Source of the DNA: Flavobacteriales bacterium
GTDB taxonomy: Bacteria > Bacteroidota > Bacteroidia > Palsa-965
Direction: 5' to 3'
NCBI GenBank assembly: GCA_040377305.1
Contig: JBEIPA010000008.1
Location: 96,001 to 160,000 of the forward strand
DNA length: 64,000 bases
Below the pieces are notes generated by a model, which had not been told where the DNA came from, did no database searches, and saw only the letters and a program-made list of their open reading frames with translations. Positions within the stretch are counted from its first letter, which is position 1. Every line of letters begins with the position of its first letter. Below, in pieces: positions 40,501 to 48,919 of the stretch. The position numbers and the translations under genes were made by a program.

Positions 40501-40577
40501 TGTTGCCAATACGCATCGCGCGCTGAAACAGATAAGGCTGCAAGAACAACTAAACAGGAGAGTAAAACTTTTTTCAT
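37521..40577 (-). CDS. M1 family zinc aminopeptidase with C-terminal beta-rich extension
   Basis: GGMEYP, HEVGH.WF..., WMDEG, YSKS; signal peptide. Confidence 0.92.
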   Translation of the reverse strand: MKKVLLSCLVVLAALSVSARDAYWQQFVHFEIDVRLDDQNHMLHGYEKLTYKNNSPNELSYIYMHIWPNAYKDNNTALGQQLKENGELFFYYAKDEDRGYIDSLDWHVDGEMVPAEIDYKNPDIVKLILTKPLAPGGQVIITTPFRVKIPSGRISRLGHIDQQYQITQWYPKPAVYDANGWNPIPYLDQGEFYSEFGTYDVKITLPKNYVLGATGDIVDNQAEVDWLNQLAEATKGKKEFDKKDLAHPASSTEMKTIHFHQENVHDFAWFCDKRYHVLKGEVVLPHSKRTVTSWVMFTNQYAHLWKDGIEYVNDAVYYYSLWNGDYQYNHCTAVDGALSAGGGMEYPNITVIGGVQSAGMLETVIMHEVGHNWFYGMLGSNERVHGWMDEGINSANELRYNETKYPNGALVGGKNGPNKMAGMFDLGRYKQKAQYHQFYCLSARQGLDQPIETHSADFLSLNYAAIMYSKSAVCFDYLRGYLGDTLYDKCFQTYFDRWHFKHPQPADLRATFEEVSARQLGWFFDDMIGTDKKLDYKITGAKKVDGGWKISLKNVGEIQAPVCVSAVKDGKVVKSIWYEGFAGESIPFFPGVEADYFIVDQPEDAPEVNRKNNRTKTSGILKEVEPLKLQFLGSLDNPARTQLFFTPTLGYNKYDGFMLGAGFYNHVVPTKKFEWSVMRMYGFGSKEVVGHADAFLNFVDVGIFQSIRLGVNCNQYSYYTPNSTDFPVGEVPDRTLMFRKIAPEIGFTFNKKVARSPIQHQLVLRMINTSVDHLIMSVDSTGSDITYEPVVNNFYEAKYMVRNSRSVNPWNMEVRYQMGDDMSKLSMTANYTFNYANGKGFHFRLFGGTFLDNTNSGPYRWRMSGYSPRGLQNQDYLFDHIFLGRTEQTGKLAAQFAEEEGAFKLYSPIGQSNNWLVAMNLRIDLPVKNRFLNKFKLYADIGTCSKDALATNTILYNSGVMFSVIPGVCDIYFPILMSSDIDQYYKTNDLGYASKIRFTFNITRFGPANFGSLLSSAF

Positions 40578-40642
40578 ATCGGGTGCGTTTGGCACTGAGA
40601 CGTGGTGATGATATTAATTGTTACGAAACTTCGTTCAGAAAA

Positions 40643-41848
40643 TTACTTCGTTCGGGTGCTGTCCTCAGCTGTAAATATTTCTTCCAGCATCAAACCGAGG
40701 TCTTCACCACGCACATCTTTTTTGATCATTCGCCCTTCGCGATCAATAAGTACGGTGAACGGAATTCCCTGAAACTTATAAATCTGCACCAGCGGCGTGT
40801 TCCATTCCATGAGATCACTCACGTGGTATTTCCACAACAGTCCGTCTTTCACAATGGCAGCTTGCCAATCTTCTTTCGTACGATCGAGAGATACGCTGTA
40901 CACTTCAAATCCTTTGTCGTTGTACTTTTTGTAGTTGGCAACAACATTCGGCAATTCGGCACGACACGGTGCGCACCACGATGCCCAGAAGTCGATCAAT
41001 ACAACTTTGCCCCGAAGGTCAGACAACTTCATCTGCTTTCCTTCGGCGTTGTTCAATACGATGTCGGGTACAACTTGTCCAACGCACATTGCGCGTTCAC
41101 GTTCCACCATTTCGCGGAGCATGATTACGTTCGGACACGTTTTGTATTTCACTTCGAGCGCTTCAATTGTTTTCTCCCAGTAATCGAAGTTGTCGTATGG
41201 ATCCAACAATCGCAGGGCAGGAATGTTTGCGAAAGAAGCAGGGTGCGCATCAACAAAATCGTACAACCAAAGCGTCGCTTCGTCGGCAATTCCATTGAGA
41301 ATATCCTGTGTTTGATTGAAAGCAGGTTCGATAACTTCTTTCTCCAGTTTCTTCGCAGCAATTGTATCGGTCATCATACCGAGCTGAATCTGGAATGCAC
41401 GTTGCAAAGAATCTAAGCGCTGCACATACGGACGACGACGAACGTCATACTCCATGAAATATTCGTTGAACGCCAGAAAATGTTCCGTGTCTTCAGAACC
41501 AGAAGCTTTCCAGGAGTAACCGAGATTCGTAATATCACCCGTGAAGTTCACAGAATCGCCCGGTTCAAGAATGATTGTTGCAAACTGTTCCGCGCCTTTT
41601 CCGACTTCAATATTGTAAAAGCCTTTGAACTCGAGATCTGCACGAAACTCGAATACACCGTCTGGTCCGACGAAACAGGAATCAAGAACAATCGGATCGA
41701 TCTGGCTTACGTTCACAAGATAAATCGTGTCGACATCAGCTTTGTCAAGTTTACCGTACACAACGGTGTTGCCAACCTTTTTTTCTTCAGATCCGCACGA
41801 CGCAAAAAGCGCCAACGCCAATGGCAAAATGCACACTAGTTTTCTCAT
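40643..41848 (-). CDS. TlpA/AhpC-TSA family thioredoxin-like lipoprotein (DUF4369 N-terminus)
   Basis: Lipobox FASC; LIDFWASWCAPCR; GIP.T.LIDREG. Confidence 0.92.
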   Translation of the reverse strand: MRKLVCILPLALALFASCGSEEKKVGNTVVYGKLDKADVDTIYLVNVSQIDPIVLDSCFVGPDGVFEFRADLEFKGFYNIEVGKGAEQFATIILEPGDSVNFTGDITNLGYSWKASGSEDTEHFLAFNEYFMEYDVRRRPYVQRLDSLQRAFQIQLGMMTDTIAAKKLEKEVIEPAFNQTQDILNGIADEATLWLYDFVDAHPASFANIPALRLLDPYDNFDYWEKTIEALEVKYKTCPNVIMLREMVERERAMCVGQVVPDIVLNNAEGKQMKLSDLRGKVVLIDFWASWCAPCRAELPNVVANYKKYNDKGFEVYSVSLDRTKEDWQAAIVKDGLLWKYHVSDLMEWNTPLVQIYKFQGIPFTVLIDREGRMIKKDVRGEDLGLMLEEIFTAEDSTRTK

Positions 41849-43308
41849 GGATGTTCGTTCAGTACTTTGGTTACGAGTTCACTTGCCACTTTCGGATCGG
41901 CTTTCCCCTTGGAGAGTTTCATTACTTCGCCCATGAAAAGTCCGACGAGTCCGGTTTTGCCACTCTTGTATTCGGCAACCTTCGCAGGAAATTTCGCGAC
42001 GGCTTCTTTTACAATTTTCAGCAGTGCGCCTTCATCGCTTTCCTGTACAAGATTGTTTTCCTCTGCAATCTGTAACGCAGTTTTCGATACGTTATTGATC
42101 ATCACAGGGAATATTTTCTGTGCCGCCGCTGCGAAACTAACTTTACCTGAATCAATCAGAGAAATTAAGTCGGCGAGTTGCACGGGCGTAAACTGGAGGT
42201 TCGTAATGTGAACCGCATGCTCGTTCATGTATGATTTTATCGGGCCCATAACCCAGTTCGCTGCAGCCTTTGCATTCTTCGTGTGCTTCAGAACGCTTTC
42301 GAAATACAAAGCAACTTCTTTCGCATCGGTTAAAACAGCAGCATCGTATGCAGAAAGTCCGAGTTCCGTCGTGTAACGTGCGACTAGTTCAGCAGGCAAC
42401 GGAGGTAATTCCGCTTTCACTTTCGCGATGTATTCCTGTGAAACAATCACGGGCTGCAAATCCGGCTCCGGAAAATACCGGTAATCGTTTGCGGCTTCTT
42501 TACTACGCAATGAAAATGTAGTTCCGGTAACAGCTTCGAAACTGCGGGTGTCCTGATCGACTTGTCCGCCTGCTTCTATAATATCAATGTGACGTTTAAT
42601 CTCATGTTCGATTGCACGTTTCACATTTGAAATGGAGTTCATGTTTTTCACCTCTACACGGCGACCATACTCCTTGCTGCCTTTCAGCATCACCGATATG
42701 TTTGCATCGCAACGAAGAGAACCTTCTTCCATATTCCCATCACAGATTTCGAGATAGCGAACCAAACGACGCACTTCGGTAACATAGCGATATGCTTCAT
42801 CCGCAGAACGGATATCAGGCTCAGAAACCAATTCCACAAGCGGAACTCCTGCACGATTCAGATCGACGAGCGTATCGGTTGGATCTACATCATGCATTGA
42901 TTTTCCGGCATCCTCTTCCATGTGAATGCGCGTGAGTCCGATTTTCTTATCGTTACCCGCATCATCTTTAATCGTGATGTATCCACCCGTGCAGATCGGA
43001 GTTTTGTCCTGCGTAATCTGATATCCTTTCGGAAGATCGGCGTAGAAATAATTTTTGCGTGCGTACTCATTGCGCTCGCGTATGGTGCAGTGCGTTGCTA
43101 ATCCCAAACGAACTGCGAATTCAATCACACGCTTGTTTGACATTGGCAGTACACCCGGAAGTCCAAGTGTTACAGGACTCACCAAAGTATTTGGCATCGC
43201 TCCATATTCCGCCGCATCGCTTGCATACGCTTTGGTATTTGTAAGAAGCTGTGCGTGAACCTCGAGACCGATTACCGGCTGGTACTTATCGTAAATAGAA
43301 TCGCTCAT
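41845..43308 (-). CDS. gatB: Asp-tRNA(Asn)/Glu-tRNA(Gln) amidotransferase subunit B
   Basis: IGLEVHAQL, RKNYFYADLPKGYQITQ, HMEEDAGKS, DLNRAGVPL, EGSLRCDAN, DYRYFPEPDL. Confidence 0.98.
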   Translation of the reverse strand: MSDSIYDKYQPVIGLEVHAQLLTNTKAYASDAAEYGAMPNTLVSPVTLGLPGVLPMSNKRVIEFAVRLGLATHCTIRERNEYARKNYFYADLPKGYQITQDKTPICTGGYITIKDDAGNDKKIGLTRIHMEEDAGKSMHDVDPTDTLVDLNRAGVPLVELVSEPDIRSADEAYRYVTEVRRLVRYLEICDGNMEEGSLRCDANISVMLKGSKEYGRRVEVKNMNSISNVKRAIEHEIKRHIDIIEAGGQVDQDTRSFEAVTGTTFSLRSKEAANDYRYFPEPDLQPVIVSQEYIAKVKAELPPLPAELVARYTTELGLSAYDAAVLTDAKEVALYFESVLKHTKNAKAAANWVMGPIKSYMNEHAVHITNLQFTPVQLADLISLIDSGKVSFAAAAQKIFPVMINNVSKTALQIAEENNLVQESDEGALLKIVKEAVAKFPAKVAEYKSGKTGLVGLFMGEVMKLSKGKADPKVASELVTKVLNEHP

Positions 43309-43335
43309 AAAATGTTGTGCGAAATTACGCAAAAA

Positions 43336-43491
43336 GGGGGTATGGGGGATGAGGAATGAGGGATGAGGAATGTGGTATGCGGAATGTGAAATCCAGCAGT
43401 TTGCAGAGAATTAAGTGTTTTTATGAAATTGAATATGATCACAACCTTCGGCCCCCTTCCCTCATCCCCCATTCCCCATCCCTCGTTCCTC
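43336..43491. repeat. Inverted arrays of 7-mers (GnGGnAT x8 / ATTCCCC-like x5) between divergent genes
   Basis: GGGGTATGGGGGATGAGGAATGAGGGATGAGGAATG... and CCCTCATCCCCCATTCCCCATCCCTCGTTCCTC. Confidence 0.8.
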
Positions 43492-43549
43492 GGTTTTATG
43501 GAAACTCAACGCGTTCTACATCATACATGTAATTAAGCAACCGAAACGT

Positions 43550-44341
43550 ATGAGTAACACCCGCGTCGCCCTCCGAATTGATGAACCCTGTTCACAGAAA
43601 TGGTCAGAAATGACCCCGACAGAAAAAGCCCGCCCGGATGAAAATCCGTTCGGACGGGGTCGCTTTTGCGATAGCTGTCAGAAAAAAGTTTTTGATGTGA
43701 CCACGCTCACTGACAACGAACTTCTGCAGATGGCGAAAGATAATCCTCATGGTTTTTGCGGACAGTTTCGCAAGGATCAACTGAATCGTGCGATAATAGA
43801 AACACAATTCAAAAACAAATCGCGATTGAATGCATTTGTTGCCGGCGTGTTTGTCGCACTTGGCGCAGGAACTGCTTCTGCACAATCGGCTCCATCGCAT
43901 ACGGTCCAAACACAAGTGATCGATGAAAAGCATCCGACTGGTGCTGTTTGTGTTCGTGATACAACCAATGCTGGTTTGAGCGATGTACAACTCACCGTGA
44001 TCGTTCATGCTGATAGTCTCACAGGTGCACTTTTACAAACAGCACAAGTTTCATTGGAGGGAACAGGCATTTTCGCTTATACAGATTCAACTGGCAAAGC
44101 AGTTCTCACCATTCCGGGTGCGCAGGTTACCGATTCAATGTCCATCCGTGTTGGATACATTGGTTACGCAGACGTATTAGTTGCAGTGTCTCCATCTCAA
44201 ACTCTTCCTGCAATGGAAGTTGCACTTGTAGAACACGAATGGATGATGCTCGGTGGTGCTGTTGCGTACGATTACGAATGGGTCGAACCGAAAAAAGAAG
44301 AAGAAGAAAAGAAGAAATCAATTTTCCGCAAGAATAAATAA
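43550..44341 (+). CDS. Carboxypeptidase-like regulatory domain protein with N-terminal Cys-rich PC..W..M...G.FC..C domain (paralog 1)
   Basis: PCSQKWSEM...GRFCDSCQKKV.D, FCGQF, TM helix, V...GT....TD..G...VGYIGY. Confidence 0.8.
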   Translation: MSNTRVALRIDEPCSQKWSEMTPTEKARPDENPFGRGRFCDSCQKKVFDVTTLTDNELLQMAKDNPHGFCGQFRKDQLNRAIIETQFKNKSRLNAFVAGVFVALGAGTASAQSAPSHTVQTQVIDEKHPTGAVCVRDTTNAGLSDVQLTVIVHADSLTGALLQTAQVSLEGTGIFAYTDSTGKAVLTIPGAQVTDSMSIRVGYIGYADVLVAVSPSQTLPAMEVALVEHEWMMLGGAVAYDYEWVEPKKEEEEKKKSIFRKNK

Positions 44342-44347
44342 CGCAGT

Positions 44348-45097
44348 ATGAGCCGCAAATCGATATCAATCCGCATTGAAAAACCTTGTACAGAAGACTG
44401 GGACAAGATGACGCCAACTGATCACGCCCGCCCGGATGGCTCGGTCGGACGGGGTAAGTTTTGCGCTGCTTGCGAGAAGAACGTAACCGACTTCACCGGC
44501 ATGACCGACAATGAAGTGTTGGAGTTTATCCAACATCACACGGGCAAAATGTGTGGACAGCTACGCGGAAGTCAGCTCAACAGATTGATTGTACAAACAA
44601 AATTGCAAGGGAAGAATTACAGACTCAATGCATTCTTCGCTACACTTCTCTTTGCAGGTGGCGCAGGCTCGTTGGCAGCACAGGACACAATTCCTCCGGC
44701 ACCACGGTACAATCCAACCGTGGTCATCAACGAAAAGCATCCGACTGGTCCGGTCTGCATCAATGTTCCTTCAAAGAAAGTGCAAACCGTACTGAAGGCG
44801 ACAATCATGGATACGGTGATTGGAAAGCACGTTGATTATGCTGTTGTCACTTTGCGTGGAACCAATATTTCCGCCGAGACAGATAACAAAGGGAGATTTG
44901 AAATGATCATTCCGGATTCACTTGCCGGAGATTCAATCGTATTGATGGTTCATGCTCCTGGCTATTTCCGCGAGTGGATAACCATTCCTGCCGGGCAAAT
45001 TGCAAAGACTTCTGTTATAGAAGCTGCGTTCAATGAAATGATCATGAAAGGCGATATGATCATTGAAGAGCGTCCACGGAAATGCGGAAATGATTAA
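44348..45097 (+). CDS. Carboxypeptidase-like regulatory domain protein (paralog 2)
   Basis: Same architecture as paralog 1; shares EKHPTG.VC. Confidence 0.8.
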   Translation: MSRKSISIRIEKPCTEDWDKMTPTDHARPDGSVGRGKFCAACEKNVTDFTGMTDNEVLEFIQHHTGKMCGQLRGSQLNRLIVQTKLQGKNYRLNAFFATLLFAGGAGSLAAQDTIPPAPRYNPTVVINEKHPTGPVCINVPSKKVQTVLKATIMDTVIGKHVDYAVVTLRGTNISAETDNKGRFEMIIPDSLAGDSIVLMVHAPGYFREWITIPAGQIAKTSVIEAAFNEMIMKGDMIIEERPRKCGND

Positions 45098-45251
45098 CCA
45101 CATAGAATCATAGAAATTCTTTGTTTGCTAAGCGTGCCGAGCAAACTCGTCCGTCATAGTACACAAGAGTGAAATCGCTGGGCGATTCCTCGTGTGAACT
45201 ATGTAATTCTTGACCAACGCAAGAAAACAAAGGGCTATGTTACTATGTGGT
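45097..45251. repeat. About 155-bp nested imperfect inverted repeat (ACCACATAG...CTATGTGGT)
   Basis: Paired blocks ACCACATAG/CTATGTGGT, CTTTGTTT/AAACAAAG, CATAGTACAC/GTGAACTATG and AATCGC/GCGATT. Confidence 0.8.
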
Positions 45252-45256
45252 AAAAA

Positions 45257-45910
45257 CTAGTAGTAACGGCCACGCATATAGAAGCACACACCTGCCTGAA
45301 TCACATGATTGTGCGTTTGCTGGGTATTGAATTCCGTGATATCATACGGCAAAACATTCCTGCGTAGAATAGGATTGATTGAGAATGAATAACGCATGTC
45401 GAAATACATGTTGTTATTGATTCGTAAGTGCGCTCCAAACAATGCACTCAAATCATATTTATCGGACCACACTTCATTGAATGCAATCTGTTCGCCATTC
45501 TTAAACATGCGTGGTGAAATCAATCGTGCGTATGATAATCCCAGGTCAATACCAACCCGTTGTTCTCTCGCGCGCGATGAGAACGCGAAACTCTCGAAAC
45601 GATAGAACACAGGAATCTCAATATAATGTAAGCTGAGATTGAATTTGTTTGGATTGTCGTCTACCGGTTTGCGAAATGCGCCTTTGCGGATGTAATTAAT
45701 TTCCATCTGCATATAGTTCTTGTACTTATCTCGACGAGTGATGATGAATCCAGCCGTTCCGGAAACTTTGTTAAAACCAGCGTTCGAAAAGTCGGGTAAG
45801 TGACTAACGAGTGCGCCACCGTGTAAACCGAAATCAAATTTTGGTTGTGCGCCAAGGAAAGTAATTCCTCCGAAGAAAAGCAGAAGAGATAGGGTGATTC
45901 GCAGCTTCAT
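45257..45910 (-). CDS. Outer-membrane beta-barrel protein (PorT/OMP_b-brl_2-like)
   Basis: Signal peptide; EINYIRKG, LHYIEIPV, DMRYS motifs. Confidence 0.8.
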   Translation of the reverse strand: MKLRITLSLLLFFGGITFLGAQPKFDFGLHGGALVSHLPDFSNAGFNKVSGTAGFIITRRDKYKNYMQMEINYIRKGAFRKPVDDNPNKFNLSLHYIEIPVFYRFESFAFSSRAREQRVGIDLGLSYARLISPRMFKNGEQIAFNEVWSDKYDLSALFGAHLRINNNMYFDMRYSFSINPILRRNVLPYDITEFNTQQTHNHVIQAGVCFYMRGRYY

Positions 45911-45942
45911 GCGGGCAAAAATACAAGAAACATGCCTACCGC

Positions 45943-46097
45943 AATGTGCTAATATGGTAATGTGATAATTTGCTAAAAAGAGACTATAAGAGGGCAGGTG
46001 GACTTCACAAGTGGTATATTCTTCTACATATTTATTGTGTTGGAGAACAACTCGTAACGGAATCAGCTAATCAGACATCAGAAATCAACTAATCAGA
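45943..46097. repeat. Two short periodic tracts: AATnTGnT 8-mers (45943-45976) and ATCAG-containing 7/8-mers (46061-46097)
   Basis: AATGTGCTAATATGGTAATGTGATAATTTGCTAA; AATCAGCTAATCAGACATCAGAAATCAACTAATCAGA. Confidence 0.65.
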
Positions 46098-46113
46098 TTG
46101 CGTATATTGTAGA

Positions 46114-47229
46114 GTGAGAACGCTGCTCATTTCTACATTCATTTTTCTTGCTTCGCATCTTCATGCACAGCAAGACTATTTCTATGCGGAAAATCTCATA
46201 GAAAACGGTCAAAAAGCAGAAGCCATTCGGGTTCTGGATCATTTAATTGATTCCGGTGCTTACGTTGATCGACCACGATTTGCAATGATGACACTGAATC
46301 TTGCCGGAAGTACTAAGCGAGCTTTAGGTGATACCGCTGGAGCCAGAAAATGCTTCGAATCGGTAATGCACTGTTATGATACTTTGAGCGGCCCACGCAA
46401 ATCAGACAATTGGAACCGGAGAGAGTATTACAAGGGAGCTTTCTATCTTGCTGAAATGCATTTTCATGAATTAAAGCAATGGAGTACGTCAAATGCTATT
46501 CTTGCGAATATAGGTGAGCCGGGTGATTATTATTCAGCCACGGGTTCAGATGTTCTGCTTGCACAGGAACGCTACTGCAAGTTACGGACTTCCATCTTTC
46601 AGAAACTGAATCAGCCCGACAGTGCGTTTCAGTACATCCGACAGATTCGCGATCGGGAAAATGTGCCCGTGCAACTCCTCGACAGTATTTTTGATGTTTC
46701 CACGAACTCTATCCGCCAGGTGCAATTCGTTTCCTACTCGGCGACAAGTCAAAACACAAATAATATTCCAGGCTGTCTCTATTTCGTGGCGTGGAATGAC
46801 GAAACCAACAATCAACATTCCATTTGGTTTATTAATCCGGAGAGGGGTCAGATACAGATTCTCAATCATTCGGTTTTCAACAATAACGATTCACAGAACT
46901 TTCCGGCCAACTGCTACGATATGTCTTTGTCTACCGATGAAAAATATCTGGCGGTAACATGCTATACCGAAGGAAGCAACTTCATAGACATTTACAGTTT
47001 TCCGGAAATAATCAATGAGCAACGTTGTGTAGAGAAGCATTCTATACTTGCTTATCCGTCATCGGTTGAAATCAAAGGCTGGGAAAGTTCCATGCTCGTG
47101 GTTGAATGTGATCAGGATCTCACCCGACTCAATAAAAAGATGCATCCGAACTGGGATGTTTCAGAGAATCCCGATGTGAAACTTTTGTACTTATTTGATC
47201 CGGAGAGTGGAAAGTATTCGAAGAAATAA
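46114..47229 (+). CDS. Hypothetical secreted protein (TPR-like N-half, beta-propeller-like C-half)
   Basis: GTG start, signal peptide, helical repeats, DMSLSTDEKYLAV. Confidence 0.7.
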   Translation: MRTLLISTFIFLASHLHAQQDYFYAENLIENGQKAEAIRVLDHLIDSGAYVDRPRFAMMTLNLAGSTKRALGDTAGARKCFESVMHCYDTLSGPRKSDNWNRREYYKGAFYLAEMHFHELKQWSTSNAILANIGEPGDYYSATGSDVLLAQERYCKLRTSIFQKLNQPDSAFQYIRQIRDRENVPVQLLDSIFDVSTNSIRQVQFVSYSATSQNTNNIPGCLYFVAWNDETNNQHSIWFINPERGQIQILNHSVFNNNDSQNFPANCYDMSLSTDEKYLAVTCYTEGSNFIDIYSFPEIINEQRCVEKHSILAYPSSVEIKGWESSMLVVECDQDLTRLNKKMHPNWDVSENPDVKLLYLFDPESGKYSKK

Positions 47230-48351
47230 TTACTTCCACTGAATCGTAGTCGCAATCGTAAATGCCGCGCCATCGAAGTCGAGACTCAACTGCTCTTCCC
47301 AAATCGGAACAATCGTTTCTACGAGCGCAAATCCACCTGACTGTTTGTGATAAACGTAATAGCGATACGTCGTTGTTGCATTTCCCTCCAATGAAACATA
47401 ACGATAAGTAGCTGCAAATACTTCTACTCCGGGTTGCGATTCAATTTTTCGGAATGTGGTTCCTTCTCTTTCTTTGACATCGAGTGAATCCGAATAAATT
47501 TTGAAGTCATTTCTCGCGGCAATGCTGAAGCTGTCTTCGATCGCAAGGCGCGTGTAGTCGATGTTCACTACATACGGAAATCCTGCAGGCCATACGGTTT
47601 GATGCGTTTCCTTATACTCGTCAACACGCCATCCGAATGGTACGCAAAAGGAATAGCCGTAATCACACGTGTACATCAAGTTAGATTGACCACAACCTTC
47701 GCTGATTACCAATGACGCCGGAACGTATGAAGTAGTTGTGTTCGATTGCTCAATGAACCAGAAGTAATCCATGAAGTAACTTCCTGCAAGATCAACGTGG
47801 ATTCCAACTTCATCACTCAATGGAGCTACATACGGAACCGACAACACAAGTTGTTCGTTAATGGAGAAATCGTATTGATTCGTTTCCATGTTGCGTTCAA
47901 CACGAATGCTGTTCAAACCGTCGCCACTGTAGGCGTAGTTGAATGAATTCGGAGAAACTACAGCGAGCTTTCCTTTCACTTTATTCTCGAAGATGAAACT
48001 ACCGTCGCCATACACAAGAAATGCCATGTATGTTGAGTCATTGTCCGCACGACCCCACACGAGTCCAACGCCTTTGTTAGCTCCTACTCCACTGTCGCGC
48101 TCGATGTTGGTTTCAATCCGGAAATGTTTTTCGAATCCGCCTTTAACAGCGAATGTGTGACGAAAATATCCATCGTTTTTTGATTCGAGGTTGTAACGAC
48201 CGTCTTTAACGTAAACAGTATTTGCGTCGGTTAGGGATTCGGGCCAGCCGTTATCGTTGTTATCGAAGCCGTCGAAGATGTTGCGTTGCGCGTTTAGCGA
48301 CAGCGCACAGCAGATTGAGAGAAACAGCGAGTAGAATTTCAGCACGGTCAA
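47230..48351 (-). CDS. Hypothetical secreted protein (lectin/DUF1080-like N-domain, PsbP-like C-domain)
   Basis: Signal peptide; FD.FDNNDNGW, GLVWG, YGYSF.VP.GW. Confidence 0.65.
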   Translation of the reverse strand: MTVLKFYSLFLSICCALSLNAQRNIFDGFDNNDNGWPESLTDANTVYVKDGRYNLESKNDGYFRHTFAVKGGFEKHFRIETNIERDSGVGANKGVGLVWGRADNDSTYMAFLVYGDGSFIFENKVKGKLAVVSPNSFNYAYSGDGLNSIRVERNMETNQYDFSINEQLVLSVPYVAPLSDEVGIHVDLAGSYFMDYFWFIEQSNTTTSYVPASLVISEGCGQSNLMYTCDYGYSFCVPFGWRVDEYKETHQTVWPAGFPYVVNIDYTRLAIEDSFSIAARNDFKIYSDSLDVKEREGTTFRKIESQPGVEVFAATYRYVSLEGNATTTYRYYVYHKQSGGFALVETIVPIWEEQLSLDFDGAAFTIATTIQWK

Positions 48352-48398
48352 AGATAAAGCAAATCCAATGCCTAGATTGAGATCTCCCGTGGCTTAAT

Positions 48399-48492
48399 GC
48401 AACGCGAATTTTGATGCCCAGGGCGTGTTAGTCCTCCTCTCGGATCATCGCGGTAGATAGAAAAACCGGTTATTGGATTTTATGAGATAAAC
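48399..48492 (+). repeat. 93-bp repeat family copy G (diverged), immediately downstream of the GxxExxY gene
   Basis: GCAACGCGAATTTTGATG...CTCGGATCA...TTGGATTTTATGAGATAAAC. Confidence 0.88.
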
Positions 48493-48502
48493 TTGGTTGG
48501 GC

Positions 48503-48901
48503 TCAAGATGCCTTACGATCATTTTCAAAAATCTTACGTTTGAAACTTGGTTCTTCACCAAAATTCAAGAGCATCCCCACTTCCATTCTTGTCGCTCTCA
48601 AATAATTTAACAATTGGACCTCATTCTCTGGCGCTAATTTGGTTGCCGCTTTCAGTTCAACAATTACCTTTTCTTCAACAACCATGTCAGCGAAATAAAT
48701 TCCTATCTGCTGATCTCTGTAATAAACAGTAATTGGTTCTTGCGTTTTGAACTTAACTTTCATCTTCTGAAGCTCAATTGCCATGGCTTTCTCGTAGTTC
48801 TTTTCAAGAAATCCATATCCCAATTCATTGTAAACGTTGTAATACGCACGCAGAATTTTTCCTGTAACATCGCTGTGTAACATAACATCTGTATTTATCA
48901 T
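48503..48901 (-). CDS. GxxExxY protein (PD-(D/E)XK nuclease superfamily, PDDEXK_3)
   Basis: GFLEKNY (GxxExxY), ADMVVEEKVIVELKA (D...ExK), QLLNYL, GMLLNFG. Confidence 0.95.
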   Translation of the reverse strand: MINTDVMLHSDVTGKILRAYYNVYNELGYGFLEKNYEKAMAIELQKMKVKFKTQEPITVYYRDQQIGIYFADMVVEEKVIVELKAATKLAPENEVQLLNYLRATRMEVGMLLNFGEEPSFKRKIFENDRKAS

Positions 48902-48919
48902 TCATATAAAACCTAACGA

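Noticed and set aside
40397-41416. 339-aa plus-strand ORF
   Set aside because: It is an antisense shadow of the TlpA and M1 peptidase genes with no recognisable motifs.
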